A stretch of DNA of 64,000 nt from an uncultured Gammaproteobacteria bacterium (GTDB lineage: Bacteria; Pseudomonadota; Gammaproteobacteria; JAAEPA01), in the NCBI GenBank assembly GCA_963731655.1, contig CAVSWL010000005.1:361862-425861 (forward strand), given 5' to 3'. The notes beneath the pieces were generated by a model that saw only the letters and a program-made list of their open reading frames with translations, did not search any database and was not told the origin of the DNA. Shown here one piece after another: positions 51,594 to 62,444 of the stretch. Numbering within the stretch: the stretch's first letter is position 1; the number at the start of each line of letters is the position of its first letter. Both the position numbers and the translations under genes were made by a program.

Positions 51594-52242
51594 ATGTCGC
51601 AGGTATTCAGTCGCAACCAGGTTTTTACCCTGAAGCTTGTAACCATCGCGGGAGTGGTATTGCTGGCAACGGTGATTGTGATATGGCGGCTCGCGGTAGC
51701 GCACGTGGCGCCCATTGAATCAGCCCATCGAACAGCCGGTACCTTTCAGTCACAAACACCATGTGGGCGATGTGGGACTCGATTGCCGTTATTGCCACAC
51801 CTCGGTGGAACAATCGGCTTTCGCTGGCATGCCGCCGACTGAGACATGTATGACTTGTCATTCGCAACTGTTCACAGACCAGCCGTTGTTGGCACCGGTA
51901 GTAAAGGGTTTTGCCGACAACAAGCCTATCCGCTGGAATCGGGTCAATGATCTGCCGGATTTTGTGTATTTCAATCACAGCATACATATCCACAAAGGGG
52001 TTGGTTGTGCAAGTTGTCATGGACGCATCGATCGCATGCCGTTGACCCGCCGCGTGGCACCGCTCACCATGCAATGGTGCCTTGATTGTCACCGTGATCC
52101 GGGTCCCCATCTGCGCCCGCTTCAGCATGTCTTTGATATGGACTGGCAGCCAAATGGTGACGACCTCAGGGGTGTGGCGCTGATCGAGCGTTACCATGTA
52201 CAGGTGGATCGGCTCACTAATTGCTCGGTGTGCCACCGTTGA
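51594..52242 (+). pseudogene. actA: Alternative complex III subunit ActA (penta-heme cytochrome c) disrupted by a 13-nt imperfect tandem duplication
   Basis: N-terminal TM anchor (LVTIAGVVLLATVIVIW) in frame A up to ...HVAPIE. Heme domain (CRYCH, CMTCH, CASCH, CLDCH, CSVCH) in frame B from 51715. CCCATTGAATCAG (51711-51723) is followed by the near-identical CCCATCGAACAG; deleting the first copy restores ...VAPIEQPVPFSHKHHVGD... Confidence 0.7.
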
Positions 52243-52270
52243 TTCCGCTAGAAGACCACCGGTAATAATT

Positions 52271-55213
52271 ATGAACCGACCACACCCCAACCCACCATTC
52301 GCACTCGGCGATGAACTGCATTTGTGGCGCGCACTGGACGCTAACGATACTGAGCACAAGCTTGCGCAGGCAGCGCTGCACGGATCGCCGCAGCTTACGG
52401 TTAATCGACGGCAGTGGCTCAAACTCATGAGCGCATCGCTGGCGCTGGCAGGCTTGAGCGGCTGCGGCAAGGCACCCGAAGAGGCAATCCTGCCCTACGT
52501 GCATGCGCCGACGCAGGGCCTACAGGGTGAACCTCGTCATTACGCCACCGCCGTCTTGCTGGATGGCTATGCTTTACCGGTAATGGCCACCAGTTACATG
52601 GGGCGGCCGATCAAGCTCGAGGGCAATACCCGTCACCCCGTCAGCGGGGGCGCCACCGACGTGCTCGCCCAGGCGGCCGTACTCGAATTGTGGGACCCGG
52701 AGCGTTCCAAGCTGCTACTGCACAATGGGATTACCGCTATATGGGAGGAGTTCTTGGCCGAGCTCGAGCGCCATCGCCCACGCTGGCGCGCGGGACAGGG
52801 CGGTGCACTGCGAGTGCTGACCGGTACGGTGACTTCGCCCACACTCGCCGCCCAACTGCAGGACCTGCAGGAACGGGAGCCTGGATTTAGGTGGCATCAA
52901 TATCAACCAATTAACAGTGACCAAGCCCATGCCGGTGCAAGTTTGGCATTCGGCGCGGCGGTGGAGCCGCGTTGGCGGCTGGAGGCGGCCCAACGCATTG
53001 TCGCGCTTGACTGTGACTTCCTCGGGCCTGGTGTTGGCCAGGTGAATCAAGCCCATGCTTTCATGTCCGCCCGGCGCGCCAGCCAACGAACGAAGGCCAT
53101 GAATCGGCTGTACATGCTGGAGTCGTCGCCGACACTCAGCGGCGCCAATGCCGATCATCATCTCGTTCTATCACCGGCGGTCATTCAAGATTGGGTCTGG
53201 GAGTTGGCACGAATACTGGGTGCGGCATTGTCTCCGGGTCCGCTAGATGGCAGAAACCGACGCCAGGTTGAAGCGCTGGCGGAAGACCTGCTGGAGCACC
53301 GCGGGCGTAGCCTGGTCATCGCCGGTCGAGCGCAACCTCCGACAGTGCACGCCCTCGCGCACTGGATCAATGACCGGTTGGGAAACGTCGGTCAGACCGT
53401 GCGCTATTACACGCCGGTTCAGGCGCGGGTGGAAGATCAACTGCAATCTCTGCGCGGCCTGGTGCAGGACATGCGCGCCGGGAGAGTAGATACTCTGGTG
53501 ATTTTGGGTGGCAACCCGGTCTATGATGCCCCGGTCGATCTGGGCTTCGCCGCGGCGCTCTCACAGGTGTCCCTATCGATACACCACGGGCTGTACCGGG
53601 ACGAAACCGCATTGCGGGTGGGCTGGCACATACCGCTCGCCCATCCTCTCGAGCGCTGGGGTGATGCACGGGCCAGCGACGGGCACGCGACTATCCTGCA
53701 ACCGCTGATAGAGCCGCTCTATGGCGGACATTCGCCCCATCGGCTGCTTTCGGCGTTGGCGGGAGAACCGGCGGCTGATTCCCGCGATACCGTGCGCCGT
53801 ATTTGGCGCAGGCGGCTGGGTGATGACCATTTCGAACAGCGCTGGCGGACGGCGCTGCGAGATGGTCTGATCGCCGGCAGCGCGGTATCGGAACAAACGG
53901 TGCAGATACGCACCGATCTGGCCGAGCGGCTCTCTGCTCCGGCGTCCGAGGAGGGCCTGACCCTGACATTTACGCCGGATGCGACGGTTTGGGATGGTGC
54001 ATTCGCCAACAATGCCTGGCTGCAGGAACTACCCAAACCCATGACCCAGCTCACCTGGGATAATGCCTTGCTTATCTCCCCCGCACTCGCGGATCGAGAG
54101 GGTCTTAGCAGCGGCGACCGAGTCGAGGTGCGCTCAGGACAACGTCGTCTGGCAGCAGCGGTCTGGATCGCACCAGGGCAAAGCGATTCGGTGATCACCC
54201 TGAGTCTGGGTTATGGGCGCCGCAAGGCGGGGCGCGTGGGCAATGGTTGCGGATTTGACGCCTATCAACTGCGTCGCAGCGACGCATTCTGGTCCGTGAC
54301 TGCGGTGTCGCTGCGCCGTCTACCTGGCCATCACGATTTGGCCACCACCCAGGCGCATCACGGCATGCGGGGAAGAGCGCCCATTCGCCGTGCGGATCTG
54401 GCGGAGTATCTGGCCGACCCGCAGCGGGTCGTTAATCTCAGAGAGCAGACTGAGAGTCTATATCCACCCTATCGCTATTCCGGCCACGCCTGGGGCATGT
54501 TCATCGATCTAAATACCTGTATCGGCTGCAGTGCTTGCACCATTGCCTGTCAGGCGGAGAACAACATTCCCGTCGTAGGTAAGGAAGAAGTGCAGCGCGG
54601 CCGCGAAATGCATTGGATCCGTGTGGATCGCTACTATGAGGGCAAGGCGCATGCTCCGCGCACCTATTTCCAGCCGGTGCCGTGCATGCACTGTGAGCAC
54701 GCCCCCTGTGAACTCGTGTGCCCAGTGGGGGCGACGGTGCATGACGGTGAGGGGCTGAACGTGCAAGTCTATAACCGCTGCATTGGCACCCGGTTCTGCT
54801 CCAACAACTGCCCCTACAAGGTGCGGCGTTTCAATTTTTTACAGTACGCCGATCAGACCACCGCGGCGCTGGCAGCCCGGCGTAATCCGCAGGTTACGGT
54901 CCGCCGGCGCGGAGTGATGGAAAAATGCACCTATTGCATACAACGCATCGAGCGAGGCCGCATCCGCGCCGAACGCGAGGACCGGGCCCTGCGCGACGGG
55001 GAGATCCGCACCGCCTGTCAGCAGGTTTGTCCTACTCAGGCGATCGTGTTCGGTGATCTCAACGACCACAACAGCGCGGTAGCTCAGGCCAAAGCCTCGC
55101 CCTTGAACTACGTCCTGTTGGAAGAACTCAATACCCGGCCTCGCACCAGCTACGGTGCCCGCTTGCGCAACCCCAACGCCGATATGCCGGCCGATAGCGG
55201 GGAGAATGCATGA
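52271..55213 (+). CDS. actB: Alternative complex III subunit ActB (Tat-exported molybdopterin-oxidoreductase-like domain fused to 4Fe-4S ferredoxin domain)
   Basis: Twin-arginine signal NRRQWLKLMSASLALAGLSGC. About 980 aa. Multiple CxxCxxCxxxCP clusters in the C-terminal third. Directly follows actA. Confidence 0.85.
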   Translation: MNRPHPNPPFALGDELHLWRALDANDTEHKLAQAALHGSPQLTVNRRQWLKLMSASLALAGLSGCGKAPEEAILPYVHAPTQGLQGEPRHYATAVLLDGYALPVMATSYMGRPIKLEGNTRHPVSGGATDVLAQAAVLELWDPERSKLLLHNGITAIWEEFLAELERHRPRWRAGQGGALRVLTGTVTSPTLAAQLQDLQEREPGFRWHQYQPINSDQAHAGASLAFGAAVEPRWRLEAAQRIVALDCDFLGPGVGQVNQAHAFMSARRASQRTKAMNRLYMLESSPTLSGANADHHLVLSPAVIQDWVWELARILGAALSPGPLDGRNRRQVEALAEDLLEHRGRSLVIAGRAQPPTVHALAHWINDRLGNVGQTVRYYTPVQARVEDQLQSLRGLVQDMRAGRVDTLVILGGNPVYDAPVDLGFAAALSQVSLSIHHGLYRDETALRVGWHIPLAHPLERWGDARASDGHATILQPLIEPLYGGHSPHRLLSALAGEPAADSRDTVRRIWRRRLGDDHFEQRWRTALRDGLIAGSAVSEQTVQIRTDLAERLSAPASEEGLTLTFTPDATVWDGAFANNAWLQELPKPMTQLTWDNALLISPALADREGLSSGDRVEVRSGQRRLAAAVWIAPGQSDSVITLSLGYGRRKAGRVGNGCGFDAYQLRRSDAFWSVTAVSLRRLPGHHDLATTQAHHGMRGRAPIRRADLAEYLADPQRVVNLREQTESLYPPYRYSGHAWGMFIDLNTCIGCSACTIACQAENNIPVVGKEEVQRGREMHWIRVDRYYEGKAHAPRTYFQPVPCMHCEHAPCELVCPVGATVHDGEGLNVQVYNRCIGTRFCSNNCPYKVRRFNFLQYADQTTAALAARRNPQVTVRRRGVMEKCTYCIQRIERGRIRAEREDRALRDGEIRTACQQVCPTQAIVFGDLNDHNSAVAQAKASPLNYVLLEELNTRPRTSYGARLRNPNADMPADSGENA

Positions 55214-56586
55214 GCAGACCGCCCGCCAGCACCGCCAGACCGCTCCCAGTATTGGACGTGGCGCCGGATTATGGCGGGGTAACCGACCAGGTGTGCGGCA
55301 TCGTGCAGACACGCCGTCCTGGCCGCGCTTGGTATGCGGGCATGTTGCTGGCTCTTGTGCTGGTGGCGGTACTAGTGGGCGCGGTGGTCTACCTGTTCGC
55401 GACCGGAGTGGGTATCTGGGGTATCAATATCCCGGTGGCCTGGGGTTTCGCCCTCATTAACTACGTGTGGTGGATCGGTATTGGCATGGCCGGTACCTTC
55501 ATTTCGGCTGCGCTGCTGCTGTTGCGCCAGCGTTGGCGCACCTCGATCAATCGCGCCGCCGAGTCCATGACGGTTATGGCCGTGGCTATTGCCGGGTTGT
55601 TTCCGATCCTGCATCTCGGCCGGCCGTGGTTTGCCTACTGGGTCGCCGCCTATCCCAACATTATGAACGTCTGGCCGCAGTGGCGCAGTTCCTTGGTCTG
55701 GGATTTCACCGCCATTTCGGTGTATCTGGTGGTATCGATTCTGTTTTGGTACGTGGGTCTGATCCCGGACCTGGCGACCCTGCGCGACCGCGCCCTCACC
55801 CGTCGCGGGCAGGTCTTCTATGGCCTGCTGGCGCTTGGCTGGCGGGGTGACGCATTGCATTGGCGGCGGCACGAAACGGCTTCGCGCATTCTGGCGGGAC
55901 TGGCGGTGCCGCTGGTGTTCTCGGTGCACAGCATGGTGGCACTCGACTTCTCCATCGGTGACACGCCCGGTTGGCACTCCACCATCTTCCCCCCCTTCTT
56001 CGTGGCCGGCGCGCTGTTCTCGGGCTTCGCCCTGGTGCTTGTGCTGGCGATTCCGCTGCGCAGTGTCTACCGCTTGCATGAGTTGATCACCGACCTTCAT
56101 CTGGAAAATATGGCCAAGATGCTACTGGCCGCGGGGCTGGTCGTCGCATACAGCTACATCGTGGAGATTTTTATGGCCTGGTACAGTGCAAACCGCTACG
56201 AGATCTATATGCAGCTCAACCGTATGACCGGTCCCTATGCACCGGTTTATTGGGCGACCCTTATGTGCAACGTGGCCGTGCCCCAGGCGCTATGGATCCG
56301 GCGTGTGCGTCTGAACCACAAAGCCTTGTTCATAATCGGTGTCGTGGTGTTGGTGGGCATGTGGCTGGAGCGCTTCATCATTGTCATCACCAGTTTGCAC
56401 CGGGAATTTATAACTTCCCAGTGGGGAATGTACTATCCGACGGTTTGGGATTGGGCCACATTCATTGGCTCGCTCGGCCTGTTTATGCTGTTCTTTCTGT
56501 TATTCGTGCGCCTGCTTCCCGTGGTGTCGATACACGAAGTGCGCAAGCTAATCCACGAGATGCGGGGAGTGGAAACCCATGGCTGA
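55210..56586 (+). CDS. actC: Alternative complex III subunit ActC (NrfD/PsrC-like polytopic membrane quinol-interacting subunit)
   Basis: 458 aa, about 10 TM. ATGA overlap with actB. NrfD-like family. Confidence 0.85.
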   Translation: MSRPPASTARPLPVLDVAPDYGGVTDQVCGIVQTRRPGRAWYAGMLLALVLVAVLVGAVVYLFATGVGIWGINIPVAWGFALINYVWWIGIGMAGTFISAALLLLRQRWRTSINRAAESMTVMAVAIAGLFPILHLGRPWFAYWVAAYPNIMNVWPQWRSSLVWDFTAISVYLVVSILFWYVGLIPDLATLRDRALTRRGQVFYGLLALGWRGDALHWRRHETASRILAGLAVPLVFSVHSMVALDFSIGDTPGWHSTIFPPFFVAGALFSGFALVLVLAIPLRSVYRLHELITDLHLENMAKMLLAAGLVVAYSYIVEIFMAWYSANRYEIYMQLNRMTGPYAPVYWATLMCNVAVPQALWIRRVRLNHKALFIIGVVVLVGMWLERFIIVITSLHREFITSQWGMYYPTVWDWATFIGSLGLFMLFFLLFVRLLPVVSIHEVRKLIHEMRGVETHG

Positions 56587-57118
56587 ATCGCGAACGCTAT
56601 ACGGTCTAATCGGACGTTTCGATGGTACGGACGCACTGCGAGCGGCGGCCCAGCAACTTCACCAGGCCGGCTATCGCGAATTAGAGGCTTATGCGCCATT
56701 TCCGCTGGACGGGCTGGCGGAAGCCTTGGGTGCCGGGCGTGAACGACTGCCGTTGTGGGCGTTGATCGGGGGATTGGCGGGTGCACTCATTTCTTATTTA
56801 TTGGAATACTATGCGGCAGTCTATGCCTATCCACTGAACATAGGCGGCCGGCCGCTACACAGTTGGCCGGCATTCATTCCATTGAGTATCGAGTTTACCA
56901 TCCTGGGTGCTGCGGTCGCGCTGGTGCTGGGCCTGCTGTTCGGTAGCTCGTTGCCAAAGCTTCGCCATCCGCTGTTTGCGGTTTCCGCTTTCGAGTCGGC
57001 GACCCGCGATGGCTTTTTTCTTTGCGTGGCAGCGCGGGACCCAGCCTTTGAATGCGCTAGGATTGACCAGTGCCTGCGAGCGGCCGGTGCCACCGAGGTG
57101 CGCGAGGTGCCGGTATGA
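56579..57118 (+). CDS. actD: Alternative complex III subunit ActD (DUF3341)
   Basis: 179 aa. N-terminal YGLIGRFDGTDALRAAAQQL motif, then a C-terminal membrane segment. 8-nt overlap with actC. Confidence 0.75.
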   Translation: MAESRTLYGLIGRFDGTDALRAAAQQLHQAGYRELEAYAPFPLDGLAEALGAGRERLPLWALIGGLAGALISYLLEYYAAVYAYPLNIGGRPLHSWPAFIPLSIEFTILGAAVALVLGLLFGSSLPKLRHPLFAVSAFESATRDGFFLCVAARDPAFECARIDQCLRAAGATEVREVPV

Positions 57119-57651
57119 GGCCCATACAGACCGGGTTACTGGTGCTTATACTATTCTTGCTCGGCGGCTGCGAGAAACTCATGCGTGATATGTACGAGCA
57201 ACCTAAGGACGATACCTTCGAAGCGAGTCCAATTTTCCCCGATGGGACCTCGGCACGGCTGCCGGTTCCCGGCACCCTGGCACAGGAGGATGAACGTGAC
57301 GGACAGATGCTACCATTGAACGCAGCGCTCCTGACGCGCGGACGGCAGCGTTTCGATATTTTTTGTGCCCCATGTCACAGCGCGCTCGGCGACGGTGACG
57401 GCATGCTCCCTCGGCGCGGTTTCCCAGCGCCACCCTCGTATCACACCGAGCGCCTGCGCGATGCCCCGAATCGCCACTTCTATGACGTGATTAGTCACGG
57501 CTACGGGGTCATGTACGGCTACGCTGGACGCATCCCGGTAGCCGACCGCTGGGCCATCGTCGCCTACATCCGCGCCTTGCAGCTCAGCCAGCATGCGCGC
57601 CTGGACGAGCTCTCGCAGGCCGATCGGTCGAAACTGGAGCAACAGCCGTGA
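57115..57651 (+). CDS. actE: Alternative complex III subunit ActE (lipoprotein mono-heme cytochrome c)
   Basis: Lipobox LLGGC. Single CAPCH heme motif. ATGA overlap with actD. Confidence 0.75.
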   Translation: MRPIQTGLLVLILFLLGGCEKLMRDMYEQPKDDTFEASPIFPDGTSARLPVPGTLAQEDERDGQMLPLNAALLTRGRQRFDIFCAPCHSALGDGDGMLPRRGFPAPPSYHTERLRDAPNRHFYDVISHGYGVMYGYAGRIPVADRWAIVAYIRALQLSQHARLDELSQADRSKLEQQP

Positions 57652-58760
57652 GCGAGACACGGTTTCCGCTAAGCCAGGCGCTGGGGCTGGCGACAGCAGG
57701 GCTGGTGGCGCTGGCATTTGCCGGAGTCATGCAGCCAGTACGCTTTCTGCCAGCCTATCTATACGCTTATCTGTTCTGGCTGGGCATATCGCTCGGGGCG
57801 CTGTCGTTGTACATGATCAGCCGCATTACGGGCGGACACTGGGGTGAAGTCACGGCCCCGCCCTTTCTGGCCGCTGGCGGAGTGCTTCCGGTGCTCACCT
57901 TGCTGTTTCTGCCCGTGGCGTTCGGTATGCCAGTGCTCTATCCATGGATCGAAGGGCAGGGTGCCGAGGCTGGCTTGCTGGCACACAAGGCACCTTATCT
58001 GAATGCGGGCTTCTTTCTGCTGCGCGCTGCACTGTATTTCGCTGTTTGGTTGACACTCGCCTGGTTGCTGCAGCGCTGGGCGCCGCCAGGCATAGCGCCG
58101 ACTCGTGCCCGATTCGTACGTCGCTTAAGCGCACTAGGGCTGGTGCTCTACGCGCTCACCGGCACCTTCGCCGTCATCGACTGGCTAATGTCGCTGATGC
58201 CAAGTTGGTATTCCACAGTATTTGGTGCCGAAGTGCTGGTGACACAGTTGCTGCAAGGCGCCTGCCTCGGAGTGTTGGTTGTTGGAGCGGCGGCCGGTTG
58301 GCGCGCAACACAGGCTATAGGCCGGGACCTGCACGCACTCGGCAATTTGATGCTGCTTTTCACTCTGCTTTGGGCCTACCTGGCGTTCAGCGATTTCCTC
58401 ACCATCTGGATCGCGGATCTGCCTCAGGAAACCCAATGGTACCTACCGCGAATGCGTGCGCCATGGGGTTGGATTGGACCGTTGCTCGCGTTATTGTTGT
58501 TCGCGGTTCCATTCACGGCGCTGCTGTTCAAATCCGTCAAGCTTAACGCTCGTGCATTGGCACTGGTGGCGCTAGTAGTGTTAGCCGGGACGCTGCTCAA
58601 CGCCTATTGGCTAACGGTACCTTCCGTACCAACCCGGCCGCCAGGTCTGCACTGGTTGGATGCCTTCACGCCGCTGGCGCTGGGCGCGGTATGGGTGGGT
58701 TTTTTCCGTGTCCGCCAGCAGCTGCAAAGCAAATCACAACAGGCCTGGGGCCAGGCATGA
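57648..58760 (+). CDS. actF: Alternative complex III subunit ActF (second NrfD-like membrane subunit)
   Basis: 370 aa polytopic. ATGA overlap with actE. Confidence 0.8.
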   Translation: MSETRFPLSQALGLATAGLVALAFAGVMQPVRFLPAYLYAYLFWLGISLGALSLYMISRITGGHWGEVTAPPFLAAGGVLPVLTLLFLPVAFGMPVLYPWIEGQGAEAGLLAHKAPYLNAGFFLLRAALYFAVWLTLAWLLQRWAPPGIAPTRARFVRRLSALGLVLYALTGTFAVIDWLMSLMPSWYSTVFGAEVLVTQLLQGACLGVLVVGAAAGWRATQAIGRDLHALGNLMLLFTLLWAYLAFSDFLTIWIADLPQETQWYLPRMRAPWGWIGPLLALLLFAVPFTALLFKSVKLNARALALVALVVLAGTLLNAYWLTVPSVPTRPPGLHWLDAFTPLALGAVWVGFFRVRQQLQSKSQQAWGQA

Positions 58761-59110
58761 GCGCAGACGGGCAAGGTTACGAAACGCTCGATGTGCGGCC
58801 GCGTCGTGTACTCCTCATGGCCGGGGTGGTGGTGGCGGTACTGTTGCTGGTGTTGCTAGCCGTCCATGGCCTGGATGTCTGGCTGGCTCCCCCCGAGCTG
58901 GCGGCGCGACGTAACGTACACAGCCAGCCACCCACGCCGCATCTGCAGGCCCATCCTCACGCCGACCTCATGGCGTTGCAAACACAGAAACGCCGGCTAC
59001 TGCATTCCTACGGTTGGGTGAACCGGCAAGCGGGGCTGGTGCATTTCCCCATTGAACGTGCCATGAGCCTGCTCCTCGAACATCGTCAACAACGGGACGA
59101 AGAGCGATGA
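58757..59110 (+). CDS. Small single-TM protein (possible ActG-like accessory subunit or CtaG-type linker)
   Basis: About 117 aa from ATG 58757 (MSADGQGYETLDVRPRRVLLMAGVVVAVLLLVLLAVHGL...). Overlaps the actF stop and the SCO1 start. Confidence 0.45.
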   Translation: MSADGQGYETLDVRPRRVLLMAGVVVAVLLLVLLAVHGLDVWLAPPELAARRNVHSQPPTPHLQAHPHADLMALQTQKRRLLHSYGWVNRQAGLVHFPIERAMSLLLEHRQQRDEER

Positions 59111-59901
59111 GCCGCGTCTGGATCGTGGTGTTGCTGATGTTGTCGTACCCCGTTTTTGCCGGTACTGAAGTGCGTATGCCGGGAGATCGGGTTGCCTTCC
59201 AACAGCATCTGGGAAACAGCCTGCCGCTGGACCAACGGTTTATCGATGAGCAGGGACGCAGCACACGCCTCGGTCGGTATTTCGGGCATCGCCCCGTGGT
59301 GTTGTTGTTCGCCTATTATGAATGCCCCAATCTCTGCGATGTTGTCCTGAACGCGGCCTTTGCCGGACTGCTGCAGACCGGCTACACCGCCGGGGCGGAC
59401 TATGAGCTGGTTGTGGTGAGTATTGCACCTGCGGAAACGCCATTGCAGGCGGCCCAAAAAAAGGCCGGGCTGCTAAAGTGGCGTGGCTTGCCTGGCGGCG
59501 CTCAACACGCACACTTTCTCACCGGACAGCAGGATGCCATCACGGCCGTCACCTCCGCGGCAGGATTTCGCTACAGGTTCGATCCCAAGCTGCAACAGTA
59601 CGCTCATGCCGCAGGGCTTTTGATCATTGCAGCCGATGGTCGCCTGTCACGCTATCTGTACGGTGTCCAGTTCAAGCCACGGGACCTGCGGCTGGCGCTG
59701 CTGCAGGCCTCGCAGAACCGCATCGGTTCGCCTGTGGATCAGTTGTTGCTGTTGTGCTTGCACTACGATCCTAGCACCGGCAAGTACGGTCTGTTGATCG
59801 GTAATATACTGCGTATAGCGGGGGGGATCGCGGCATTGACCCTTGCTGGGTTCATCGGCTGGATGCTGCACCACGAGCGCCGAGGGGAGGGTTCGGTGTG
59901 A
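59107..59901 (+). CDS. SCO1/SenC-family copper chaperone for cytochrome oxidase CuA assembly
   Basis: Thioredoxin-like CPNLCDVVL (CxxxC), conserved His downstream, C-terminal TM. 264 aa. Confidence 0.8.
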   Translation: MSRVWIVVLLMLSYPVFAGTEVRMPGDRVAFQQHLGNSLPLDQRFIDEQGRSTRLGRYFGHRPVVLLFAYYECPNLCDVVLNAAFAGLLQTGYTAGADYELVVVSIAPAETPLQAAQKKAGLLKWRGLPGGAQHAHFLTGQQDAITAVTSAAGFRYRFDPKLQQYAHAAGLLIIAADGRLSRYLYGVQFKPRDLRLALLQASQNRIGSPVDQLLLLCLHYDPSTGKYGLLIGNILRIAGGIAALTLAGFIGWMLHHERRGEGSV

Positions 59902-60833
59902 ATGTATTCTCGCCCCCCGTGCAAGCTTCGAGTAGCGCTTTCCAAGTGGATGCGATGTTTTACAGTCTGCTGGCGCTCAGCGCCGTCGTGGTGCTCGGCG
60001 TGCTCATCGCTCTCGTGTTCTTCGCAGTGCATTACCGGCGCGGCTCGACGGCGACCCGCGCGGTGGCAGTGCACCCGATGCGCTGGGAACTGGTTTGGAT
60101 CTTGATTCCGCTGGGATTATTCTTGGGCATATTCGTATGGTCGGCGCGTCTGTACTTCAGCCTATATTCACCGCCGGACGACGCCATGCCGATCTATGTC
60201 ATCGGCAAGCAGTGGATGTGGCATGTGCAGCACGTCAGCGGCCAGCGTGAGATCAACCAATTGCACATACCGCAAGGGCAACCGGTAAAACTGATAATGA
60301 CCTCCCAGGACGTGATCCACAGTTTTTTTATACCGGCATTTCGAATCAAGCAGGATGTCCTTCCCGGTCGTTACACAACGCTCTGGTTCCAGGCCGTACG
60401 TCCCGGCGAGTACGCGTTGCTGTGTGCAGAGTACTGCGGGACTGACCACGCTCGTATGGGTGGCCAGGTCATCGTCATGAGACCCGCGCGATACCAGGCC
60501 TGGCTACAGGGACATCCGGTCTTCGGCGGCCTGGCTCGGCAAGGCGAGAAGTTGTTCCGCGAATACGGCTGCAGTGGCTGTCACGGGCCGAACTCGGCGG
60601 TCAAGGCGCCACCTCTGGAAGGCGTATTCGGGCGTCCAGTGCAATTCGAGGAAGGCACCAGCGTGATCGCCGACGAACGCTACGTGCGTGATTCCATCTT
60701 GACACCACGCAAGCAGGTGGTTGCGGGTTATGCGCCGATCATGCCCACCTTCGAAGCTCAGGTGAGCGAGCAGGATCTACTGGCCCTGATCGCCTATATC
60801 AAATCCATTGGCGCAGAGGCAAACCATCCATGA
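59898..60833 (+). CDS. coxB: Cytochrome c oxidase subunit II with fused C-terminal cytochrome c domain (caa3 type)
   Basis: CuA ligands H...[13 protein letters not shown]-terminal CSGCHG heme c motif. Two N-terminal TM. Confidence 0.9.
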   Translation: MNVFSPPVQASSSAFQVDAMFYSLLALSAVVVLGVLIALVFFAVHYRRGSTATRAVAVHPMRWELVWILIPLGLFLGIFVWSARLYFSLYSPPDDAMPIYVIGKQWMWHVQHVSGQREINQLHIPQGQPVKLIMTSQDVIHSFFIPAFRIKQDVLPGRYTTLWFQAVRPGEYALLCAEYCGTDHARMGGQVIVMRPARYQAWLQGHPVFGGLARQGEKLFREYGCSGCHGPNSAVKAPPLEGVFGRPVQFEEGTSVIADERYVRDSILTPRKQVVAGYAPIMPTFEAQVSEQDLLALIAYIKSIGAEANHP

Positions 60834-62431
60834 GTGTCAGCATACCAATTGAGAACTTTTACAATACCAACTATACGCTGCGTTCCTGGCTGACCACCCT
60901 GGATCACAAGCGTATTGGCCTGCTCTACCTGGCATCGATCACCCTGTTTTTTGCGTTGGGAGGGGCGGCTGCGGCGCTGATTCGGCTAGAACTTCTCACC
61001 CCCGCGGGCGATCTCACCAGCGCGGACACCTACAACAAGCTGTTTACGCTGCACGGCGTGGTGATGGTGTGGTTCTTTCTGATTCCTTCCATTCCGGCGA
61101 CTCTGGGGAATTTTCTGATACCCCTAATGATCGGCGCCCGCGACGTGGCATTTCCGCGCCTGAATCTGGCTAGCTGGTACCTCTACACCGCAGGCGGTCT
61201 ATTCACGGTGGTCGCCATGCTGCTCGGCGGTGTCGATACGGGCTGGACGTTCTATACGCCTTTCAGCTCGATGTTCTCCAACAGTTACGTGGTCTTGACC
61301 GCGGTGGGTGTCTTCGTGGTGGGCTTCTCGTCCATTCTGACGGGATTGAACTTCATCGTTACGGTGCACAAGATGCGTGCGCCGGGCATGCACTGGTTCC
61401 GCCTGCCGCTGTTCGTGTGGGCCAATTACGCCACCGCGCTGGTCATGGTGCTAGCCACGCCGGTGCTCGCGATCACCTTATCGCTGGTGGCCATGGAGCG
61501 GCTCATGGGGGTAGGGATCTTCGATCCAGCGCTGGGAGGCGATCCGCTGCTGTTCCAACATCTGTTCTGGTTTTATTCCCATCCGGCGGTATATATCATG
61601 ATCTTGCCGGCCATGGGCGTGGTAAGCGAGCTGATCGCCTGCTTTTCGCGCAAACGGGTATTCGGTTATCGCACCATGGCCTTCGCGATACTCGGGATCG
61701 CCGGTGTCGGTTTTTTGGTATGGGGCCACCACATGTTTGTCTCCGGGCAATCGCTCTATGCAGGCTTGGTGTTTTCCCTGCTAAGCTTTTTGGTTGCTAT
61801 ACCGTCGGCGATCAAGGTATTTAACTGGACCGCCACGCTTCACGCCGGGTCGATCACCTTCGAGGCGCCGATGTTGTATGCCTTGGGCTTTATCGGCTTG
61901 TTCATGCTCGGTGGCATCACCGGGCTGTTCCTGGCCGCGGTGGCACTGGATGTGCACCTCACGGATACTTATTTTGTCGTAGCCCACTTCCACTACATCA
62001 TGGTGGGCGGCACGGTCATGGCTTTTCTTGGCGGAATCCATTTCTGGTGGCCAAAGATCACCGGGCGGAGGTATCCGGAAGTGTTCGGACGCTTCGCGGC
62101 AGTGCTGATCTTCATTGGTTTCAATCTCACCTTCTTTCCCCAATACATTCTGGGATTCCAGGGCATGCCGCGGCGCTATCATGAGTATGCCGACCAGTTC
62201 CAGGTGCTTAATGTGCTCTCCTCCGCTGGGGCCTCGATCCTGGCGCTGGGCTATCTGCTGCCGTTGATCTACCTGCTTTGGTCGCTACGACACGGATCAC
62301 GGGCCGGGGCAAACCCGTGGCATGCCACCGGGTTGGAGTGGACCGTGCCTTCACCGCCACCGCCGCATAACTTCGAACAGATTCCGACGGTCACCGAGGA
62401 GGCGTATGCCTATGACAAGCGGAGTCGTTGA
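60830..62431 (+). CDS. coxA: Cytochrome c oxidase subunit I (heme-copper oxidase catalytic subunit)
   Basis: 533 aa, 12 TM. Canonical His ligands (WFFGHPEVY-like [17 protein letters not shown]). ATGA overlap with coxB. Confidence 0.95.
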   Translation: MSVSIPIENFYNTNYTLRSWLTTLDHKRIGLLYLASITLFFALGGAAAALIRLELLTPAGDLTSADTYNKLFTLHGVVMVWFFLIPSIPATLGNFLIPLMIGARDVAFPRLNLASWYLYTAGGLFTVVAMLLGGVDTGWTFYTPFSSMFSNSYVVLTAVGVFVVGFSSILTGLNFIVTVHKMRAPGMHWFRLPLFVWANYATALVMVLATPVLAITLSLVAMERLMGVGIFDPALGGDPLLFQHLFWFYSHPAVYIMILPAMGVVSELIACFSRKRVFGYRTMAFAILGIAGVGFLVWGHHMFVSGQSLYAGLVFSLLSFLVAIPSAIKVFNWTATLHAGSITFEAPMLYALGFIGLFMLGGITGLFLAAVALDVHLTDTYFVVAHFHYIMVGGTVMAFLGGIHFWWPKITGRRYPEVFGRFAAVLIFIGFNLTFFPQYILGFQGMPRRYHEYADQFQVLNVLSSAGASILALGYLLPLIYLLWSLRHGSRAGANPWHATGLEWTVPSPPPPHNFEQIPTVTEEAYAYDKRSR

Positions 62432-62444
62432 TAGGAGCAATGGC

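Noticed and set aside
51625-52470. 281-aa ORF on the minus strand overlapping actA and the start of actB
   Set aside because: It is antisense to a strongly supported multiheme cytochrome gene with CxxCH motifs. It is a typical GC-rich shadow ORF with no RBS or family resemblance.
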